A stretch of DNA of 64,000 bases from a virus. The position numbers and the translations under genes were made by a program. A model generated the notes under the pieces. That model did not search any database. It was given only the letters and a program-made list of their open reading frames with translations, and had not been told where the DNA came from. Location of the stretch: the IMG/VR virus record IMGVR_UViG_3300037423_001503, one strand, 5' to 3'. The stretch's first letter is position 1. The number at the start of each line of letters is the position of its first letter. Of this stretch, positions 57,752 to 64,000 are shown one piece after another.

Positions 57752-57964
57752 ATGACGCCGGAGCGCGCCTTCCATCTGTTCGGAGACGTGCTCTCGAACC
57801 GTGACATCAGGATCTTCTCGCGCAGTGATCTCGCCCACGGACGTGTGTGGTTCGTCCACGCTACCGTCGGCGATGAGACGCGCGAGGTGTTCCAGACCAA
57901 CGATCCCCGCCTGGCGGCGCGCTGGCGCGAAACCTACACACGACTGGAAAGGAACGCTCAGTGA
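57752..57964 (+). CDS. hypothetical protein
   Basis: Leaderless after TTGACA-17-TAGGTT. Confidence 0.65.
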   Translation: MTPERAFHLFGDVLSNRDIRIFSRSDLAHGRVWFVHATVGDETREVFQTNDPRLAARWRETYTRLERNAQ

Positions 57965-58305
57965 AGAAGAGAATCTTCAAATACTCGCTTGAGGTCGAGC
58001 CGCGCCAGATGCTTCATCTTCCGGCAGGCGCAGAGCTTCTCTCGGTGATCGCCGACGCCCTCGGACCGAAGCTGTACGCGCTCGTGGACCCAGAGGCGTC
58101 GGCCGAGCCGCGCATCCTACGCACAGTCGTTGCCGGCGAGGTCGTCGAAGGGGATGCGCTCGGCGCCTACATCGGAACCTACGTGGTCGGTGAGGGGCGC
58201 TTCATCGGCCATCTGTTCGAGCAGGCAGTCGGTGTCGGCGACGAACGCGATCGACGTTGGGACGCCGATATGGCTGACCTGCGGCGGGAGTTGGTGGCCT
58301 CGTGA
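57961..58305 (+). CDS. DUF7352-like phage protein
   Basis: IFKY.L...LP.GAE.LSV...YIGT...HLFE. Confidence 0.75.
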   Translation: MKKRIFKYSLEVEPRQMLHLPAGAELLSVIADALGPKLYALVDPEASAEPRILRTVVAGEVVEGDALGAYIGTYVVGEGRFIGHLFEQAVGVGDERDRRWDADMADLRRELVAS

Positions 58306-58856
58306 GCGGGCTCCCACTCCGGCAACGAAACGCAGGCCGGGTCTGGGACCTGACCGGCGTCCACGGATCACCGACGCGGATGCGTCTCGCCAATGGCCAT
58401 GGTCCGCAGTTGCCGCGGGCAGAGGAGCGGATCACCGTGGTCGAGGTTGGCTCTTGGCGGGCCGTCTGGGTGGCGCTGCGCGCCGTCGTTTCGGGCCAGG
58501 ACAGCCAGGCCGGAGGGCGAGCGATGAAGGTGTTGGCAGGCCGCTTGAGCGACGCGGATCGCAGGATCATCTTCGAATCGAACGAGTCGGGGCGGCCCGT
58601 CCTGATCGCGACGCTCGACGCCACGGTGACCTACGACCAGCGGCGCCCGACGCCGTACGACGTAGCCCCGATGCAGGCAGTCGGCGTGGCGAAGACCTGG
58701 GATCACGGCTACGTCGAGCTTGGCGGCTGGTCGTTCACGACGCGCATCCCATGGACGTCGATCGTTGCCGTGTGGTGGCGGGATGAGGCGCCCAGCGCAC
58801 CGGACGTCGCCGCCCGGATCGCCGAGTTCCAATCGGACACGTTGGCCGAAAAGTGA
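58302..58856 (+). CDS. hypothetical protein
   Basis: GTGA coupling. Confidence 0.55.
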   Translation: MSGLPLRQRNAGRVWDLTGVHGSPTRMRLANGHGPQLPRAEERITVVEVGSWRAVWVALRAVVSGQDSQAGGRAMKVLAGRLSDADRRIIFESNESGRPVLIATLDATVTYDQRRPTPYDVAPMQAVGVAKTWDHGYVELGGWSFTTRIPWTSIVAVWWRDEAPSAPDVAARIAEFQSDTLAEK

Positions 58857-59378
58857 GCGCTACATGATCTGGGTAGCCGTCACGGCGCTGGCGTGCCACA
58901 ACGCCTATCTGCTTAGGAAAATTCACCAATCAAATCTACGGATCGACACAACCTGGGACGCGTGGCGATCCGACATCCCGTTGCTCAGGCGGCGCGTTGC
59001 GCGGCTGATTCGCAAGGAGGGCTAAACCTGTGCATGACAGACGCTGGAATTCCACCACAGTCACTGTGACGCTCTACTGGGACGGCTTCACCGACCACGA
59101 CATTGAGGTACTCGAAGATCTCGACTTCGCGGTCCTCAAGGAGGGCAAGTATTTGGTTCTAGAGCGCACCGTGAACGGAAACTGCGACGCAGTCGCCAAC
59201 GCCGGCATGGTCCTGCGCGACGTCGAAGACGCGCTCGTAGATCTCTATCTCAGCGTCTTTGATGTGTCGGTCGTGTCGAGAAAGGGCGCGTGATGGTCTT
59301 CGTTGCGTTGGTTTTGGTAGTGCTCTTTGTTGCCCTCTTCTGCGGACTGCTTGTCGCGATGATCGATCGGATGTCGTG

Positions 59379-60059
59379 ATGCTTCCCGACGACCTCATCG
59401 AGCGCCTTCGATCCGGCGATGACCCGCTCCACATGGCGAAGAAGCTGCTTCGCGCGGGGCATGATCTCGGGCAGCACACCAAGAGCGTCGCCAACTGCCA
59501 CGTCATCGGTCTCGACTCGATCGTGCTCTTCGATTTCGGCGAACACGGCATGATCCGCTACTACGACTACTCGATGCTCGACGGGTCGCTCAGCAGCCTC
59601 TACAACGAGGACGGTGGCTTCACGATCGGTGTGCACAACCACCGCTACGAGATCGCCAAGATCCCCCTCATCGGTAGCTACGCCAACGTCGTAACTGCGA
59701 TCGACGAGACCGATGGACGCGGCCGGATGCTGCTACACGAGTACGAGTTCTCGTCCGGCATCGGAGGCGAGCTAGGGGTCACGTATCGCGACGCACGCCT
59801 GATGCGGCCCTTCGATGTCGAGGTCATGATGCCCGGCTCGTCGGTAATCATGCAGCCCGAGGATCTCCACACCGTTGTCGTGCCGCGCCGTCAGCGCGCC
59901 GCTTGGATGGTGATCGAGGGCTCGCGACGCGATGACATCACGCCGCTGCTGTACTCGCCGACCCGGGACCTTGTCCTCAACTCAGATCATCTCTACCAAC
60001 CCATTGCCGGGCGCGCCAAGTCGGCGATCGGCAAGCTCATTGAGGAGCTATCCGAGTGA
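59379..60059 (+). CDS. cupin-fold protein
   Basis: GVHNHRY (HxH) and EDLHTV. Confidence 0.65.
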   Translation: MLPDDLIERLRSGDDPLHMAKKLLRAGHDLGQHTKSVANCHVIGLDSIVLFDFGEHGMIRYYDYSMLDGSLSSLYNEDGGFTIGVHNHRYEIAKIPLIGSYANVVTAIDETDGRGRMLLHEYEFSSGIGGELGVTYRDARLMRPFDVEVMMPGSSVIMQPEDLHTVVVPRRQRAAWMVIEGSRRDDITPLLYSPTRDLVLNSDHLYQPIAGRAKSAIGKLIEELSE

Positions 60060-60433
60060 CGCTCAGCGAGCACGTCTACACATTACGGCGCATCGTCTAT
60101 CTGCTCATCCTGCTGCTGCCAACACCGCCGTCAATCATTTGGGGCAATTGGGGTAACGGTGATCTTCTCGTGATGGTAGCGTTGGTTTGCGGGATTATCG
60201 CGTTAGCGCTCTCAGGCCCACTGATCATGGAGACCTGTGATTTCTACGACCACGACCGCGCTCGCGCCATCGCCTCGCGTGGTCGTCGCTACAGTCGCGG
60301 GCGCGTCGTTGCTATCCCTGATCAAGACACCGTCAGGGTTGAACTCATCGAGCCCGATGCGGGGGACAGGACGCGCCTGGTTGTGGCCGCTGTATCTGAA
60401 ACCAGGACACTATACGCCCAACCACAACTATAG
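60056..60433 (+). CDS. membrane protein
   Basis: Two hydrophobic segments. Confidence 0.5.
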   Translation: MTLSEHVYTLRRIVYLLILLLPTPPSIIWGNWGNGDLLVMVALVCGIIALALSGPLIMETCDFYDHDRARAIASRGRRYSRGRVVAIPDQDTVRVELIEPDAGDRTRLVVAAVSETRTLYAQPQL

Positions 60434-60604
60434 GATCTTCCGCACCGACGTCGAAGGTCAGGACGACGCTGCACTTGAGTACGCGACGGAGCTTCGTCAA
60501 CAACTGCTGGCGCGTAACGCGCGGCCGGCACCCGAAGCACGAGCGCTAGCAAAGACCATCAACCGCGGTTGACAGCAACCGACGAATCTGGGACAATACA
60601 CCGA

Positions 60605-60979
60605 ATGACTACAACGAAGACTCCCGTCGATCTCTGGGTCGAAGCCCTTGAGAGCGGCGAGTTCCAGCAAACCACCGGCGTCCTCACCAATAAGGACGAC
60701 AAGGACTGCTGTCTCGGCGTGGCCTGCAAGGTCTACCAGCGCGAAGTTGGCGGCCTCACGCTCTCCAACGACGAATACGGATCAGTGCTCTACGATGGCC
60801 AAATCGGCACACTCCCAGCGGCTGTTCGTGACTGGCTCGGACTCGCGTCCGAGGATGGCGAATACGATGATGCCGGCTACTCACAGACCCTGGCCGGCGA
60901 CAACGACGACCGAGGCCACGATCTCCTTGAGATCGCCGCAACCGTCCGCAGCCGTCCGAAGGGGCTCTTCCGTGACTGA
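60605..60979 (+). CDS. conserved phage protein
   Basis: WVEALESG.F.Q..G.L...CCLGVAC...NDD; leaderless after TTGACA-17-GACAAT. Confidence 0.75.
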   Translation: MTTTKTPVDLWVEALESGEFQQTTGVLTNKDDKDCCLGVACKVYQREVGGLTLSNDEYGSVLYDGQIGTLPAAVRDWLGLASEDGEYDDAGYSQTLAGDNDDRGHDLLEIAATVRSRPKGLFRD

Positions 60980-61577
60980 AGCGCTGCTGGACCTGACGGA
61001 GTTCAACTTCGTTCCGTGGCCGAAGATCGCGCGCCTGAATCGCGAGACCATCATCACGGAGAAGATCGATGGCACGAACGCGGCAATCCAGATTCTCGAT
61101 GATGGCCGCGTTGGTGCGCAATCACGGAAGCGCCTCATCACTCCTGAGTCGGACAACTTCGGCTTCGCCCGCTGGGTGATGGAGCACGCAGACGAGCTTC
61201 GTGACGGCCTCGGTCCGGGCGTGCATTTCGGTGAGTGGTGGGGCTCAGGTATCCAGCGCGGATACGGACTCCAGAGCGGTGAGAAGCGCTTCTCGCTCTT
61301 CAACACCTCGCGGTGGAGCGCCGACAACACACCCAATTGCGTCTCGGTCGTCCCGGTGTTGAAGACGCTCGATCGCCTCGACGCCGTTGCTGTCGATGAT
61401 GTCGTTCAGTTCCTGCGCGTCAACGGATCGGTCGCAGCGCCGGGATTCATGAACCCAGAGGGGGTTGTGGCCTTCCACGTCCCGGGCCGCACGTTCTACA
61501 AGGTGCTACTAGAGAACGACAACATCCCCAAGGGAGCGGACTCGAACACCGACTACTCGACCGAGGTGCCGCAGTGA
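60972..61577 (+). CDS. RNA ligase (Rnl2-like adenylation domain)
   Basis: TEKIDGTN motif I, QSR, DNFGFA.W, FGEWWG.GIQ, PEGVV. Confidence 0.88.
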   Translation: MTEALLDLTEFNFVPWPKIARLNRETIITEKIDGTNAAIQILDDGRVGAQSRKRLITPESDNFGFARWVMEHADELRDGLGPGVHFGEWWGSGIQRGYGLQSGEKRFSLFNTSRWSADNTPNCVSVVPVLKTLDRLDAVAVDDVVQFLRVNGSVAAPGFMNPEGVVAFHVPGRTFYKVLLENDNIPKGADSNTDYSTEVPQ

Positions 61578-62454
61578 GTGACGGTGCGGCGGCGGCAGGG
61601 TTCGTTGTCATCTTCGCGATCATTGCTACCTTGCTGGCGGTGACGAACCTGTGAGCGACAACTCCGACCCTGAGGTCATCCACGCTGCGAAGATCGCCCG
61701 CGCGTGGGTGCGGAGCGAGAACGCACGACGCGAAGTCAACGAGGCCGACGCCGCGCTAGCTGAGTTGTCCACCTGGCTGGACAGAAAGAAGTTCCTCGCG
61801 TACACGGACGGACGGCCCCTGGTCGTGAATCTCGGCGGCGGTCGCTACGTGGCTGTCTCGATCCCCAACGACACCAACAACTTCAAGTTCGAGGAGGTAG
61901 CCGTCGTTGCCTGACGTGTCCGTGGAGGTCATCATCCCCCACGCTGGCCAGGCGCTTGGGGTTGTCTACGACGCCAAGGCCGGCGTGCGGCTTTTGCTTC
62001 AACGCGGCGGCGGCTATTGGCAGGCCGTGGCCGGGCTCAAGAACGCCAGCGACGACATCATGTCGATTCCGGGCGGATTCTCGCTCGACCCGGCGATCGA
62101 GCGGCGTCTCGACGACGCCTTGAACGCCGTTCACGATGAGGTCGAGGTGCGCGGTGCCGGCATCGCGTTGTCGACGACGCGGATGGAGATCGTGACGGCG
62201 TGAGCGCGCGCGCACAACGCTCGCCGGCTTACGAGGCGCGCGTAGCTGAAATGCCCGCCGAGGAGGCGCGCGAAGAGGTTCTGCGCCTTTACGATAAGCT
62301 GCTGCGCTATCGAACGCGGGCCGAGCGCGCCGAGGACCGCTACCTGCGACTCGCGCCGCACGTACACGCGATGGCCTACGCGATCGGCATCACTGACGTT
62401 CCTCAGCGAGACGATGCCATTCAGATCTACCCAGGATCCTACTAAGGAGAATAG

Positions 62455-62853
62455 TTGAGCGACACCGTGACCCTTTTCTGCGAGGAGGGCCAACACAGTT
62501 GGGAGCGCGAACGCAGACGCGGAAAGGCACCCAAGAACTGTCCTGATCACAAGCCGAGCCGCGCGAAGCTTTCGCCGGAGGAGGCGCAGCGCCGTCGCCA
62601 GGAAGGCCGCGCGCGCGCGAAGGCAGAGCGTGACGTCGCAGGCATCGAACGAGTACTCGTGTTCTCCGAGTACCTGAAGCGTGACGCCGAACTCTTCGCC
62701 GCCTTCGAGGGCGGCTTCATCGAACGCCACGAATACATCCGGCGTCGCGGCCCAATGCCGATCATGCCGAGCAGCCCGGACTACGCCGCCGCCCGCGAGG
62801 CCGGCGTCTATCGCGGAGCAGGAGCAGAGGACAATGAACTCATCGCAGCGTAG
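62455..62853 (+). CDS. hypothetical protein
   Basis: AAGGAG RBS, TTG start. Confidence 0.6.
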   Translation: MSDTVTLFCEEGQHSWERERRRGKAPKNCPDHKPSRAKLSPEEAQRRRQEGRARAKAERDVAGIERVLVFSEYLKRDAELFAAFEGGFIERHEYIRRRGPMPIMPSSPDYAAAREAGVYRGAGAEDNELIAA

Positions 62854-63049
62854 CCTAAAGATCAGGCGGCCAACGCGGAGGTTCGACATCCTGCCCTCGA
62901 TGTACGGATTCGAGGTCATCGACAAGGACGGCCGGACGGTCGCCGAAACCGAAACCCGCGAGGCCGCCGAGATCCTATGCTTGGACCTCGACTCGGCTGC
63001 GTTCGTGGGGCGTGAGGCGCTCGCCGATACGATCGCCCGGCTCTAGCGA

Positions 63050-63250
63050 TACCCCCTAGGGGTACCCCAAGCAACTGAGCCAAATCTGAGCGATTCAAGT
63101 GGGTCGCTTCCTCGAAACCCAAGGCGTAGAGCCAAGAATTCGAGGGCGGGGGTATCGAAATCGTCGGATTTGTTTTTCAAGTGGTCCGAAGGTGCCTAAA
63201 AAATTTGGCTCTAGAATGCGGCGATTGGCCACTTGAGTCCTGGGGACCCT
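63050..63250. repeat. AT-rich non-coding island B (shared with 17820-18020)
   Basis: 22-bp exact match 63175-63196 to 17905-17926. Confidence 0.75.
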
Positions 63251-63395
63251 ATAGAGGGGTCCCAGGACGTGGTGAGAGCCGGGCAGCGCGACGCTGTAAT
63301 TCGATTTCACGGCCCGACGCCACATACCCACTCGCGACGCTTCGGATCAATTTAGACGGCCCGTGCGTGGCCGTAGACGACGAGTAAAGGACTAC

Positions 63396-63704
63396 ATGCA
63401 GACCCCGACGTACACGATCCCCCGCGGCGGCGTCGTCGCCATGATCTCCGAGGCCGCACACACGGCCGGCGTTACCGACAAGCAGTACGGCCGCCTGCTA
63501 GAGGTGGCGCAGGCCGGCGAGCGCTTCATGGTCGGCAACTTCCACGACGTCTGCGACTGCCCGTGGCAGCAAGCGTTCGGCCGTGCGAGGGGCGGCGGAG
63601 ACTTCGCCACTGCGTTCGATGGTCTCGCCGACTCCTACATCGTGAGCCGTCTCGGCAGGCCGAGACAGGCGTTTGCGGTCCTCAAGGTGGCCGCCGATGC
63701 CTAA
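63396..63704 (+). CDS. hypothetical protein
   Basis: AAAGGA RBS. Confidence 0.6.
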   Translation: MQTPTYTIPRGGVVAMISEAAHTAGVTDKQYGRLLEVAQAGERFMVGNFHDVCDCPWQQAFGRARGGGDFATAFDGLADSYIVSRLGRPRQAFAVLKVAADA

Positions 63705-64000
63705 GATCCTCGCAACCGCAGATCTACACGGCTCTCTCCCTGAGATCGACGACTGCGACGTTCTCATCATCGCGGGCGACGTCTGTCCCGATCACCCGAT
63801 CGGCAAGAAGGAGCGCTACAACCTCCACGACAATGGCTCGGACTTCCAGCTTGAGTGGCTGGACACGACGTTCCGCAACTGGCTGGTTGGGCTCGTCGAC
63901 CGCGGCATTCGCGTTATCGGCATCGCCGGCAACCATGACTTTGTCTTCGAGCGTATGTCGGCTGCGGTGGATGCGCTGTATCTACCGTGGACGTACCTGA
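63697..64000 (+). CDS. calcineurin-like metallophosphoesterase (3' truncated)
   Basis: Translated by hand from ATG 63697: MPKILATADLHG...IIAGDVCP...IAGNHD. Confidence 0.88.
   Translation, partial: MPKILATADLHGSLPEIDDCDVLIIAGDVCPDHPIGKKERYNLHDNGSDFQLEWLDTTFRNWLVGLVDRGIRVIGIAGNHDFVFERMSAAVDALYLPWTYL

Larger units (their letters stand above)
33593..60053 (+). repeat. dispersed oriented 9-mer GAGCTATCC (20 exact copies)
   Basis: Starts at 33593, 33743, 34041, 34492, 34871, 35068, 35612, 35933, 36578, 37115, 37527, 38760, 40030, 41957, 44176, 45839, 47480, 49191, 55826, 60045. Confidence 0.9.

Noticed and set aside
33593-60053. CRISPR array or integron attC sites
   Set aside because: Repeat is only 9 bp, irregularly spaced, sometimes intragenic; no cas or integron integrase genes

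Overview
A 64-kb segment of a large, high-GC tailed bacteriophage genome. The host is probably in the Actinomycetota, inferred from leaderless sigma-A-type promoters and an Rpf-like lysozyme. Left part (1-28.1 kb, mostly minus strand): three clusters totalling 20 tRNA genes, none encoding CCA. Also present are a CCA-adding enzyme, a Pth2 peptidyl-tRNA hydrolase, a Nudix hydrolase, a HAD phosphatase, a SLOG protein, three HNH-type proteins, virion/tail accessory genes including a 902-aa beta-helix+SGNH tail spike, and duplicated lipoproteins. A ~2.4-kb non-coding divergence zone (28.1-30.5 kb) holds palindromes and iteron-like repeats. The right part is a long plus-strand run of small, probably early, genes that includes a DGQHR protein, an RNA ligase and a truncated metallophosphoesterase. 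The most notable signal is an RNA-centred tRNA-maturation system. It comprises a compact, promoter-driven RNase P RNA (22527-22822, minus), a circularly permuted tRNA-like RNA inside the tRNA array (11089-11222), a ~420-nt ornate ncRNA (244-666) and several other structured ncRNA candidates. A strictly oriented 9-mer, GAGCTATCC, occurs 20 times through the early region. All calls were made by eye; no database searches were run.
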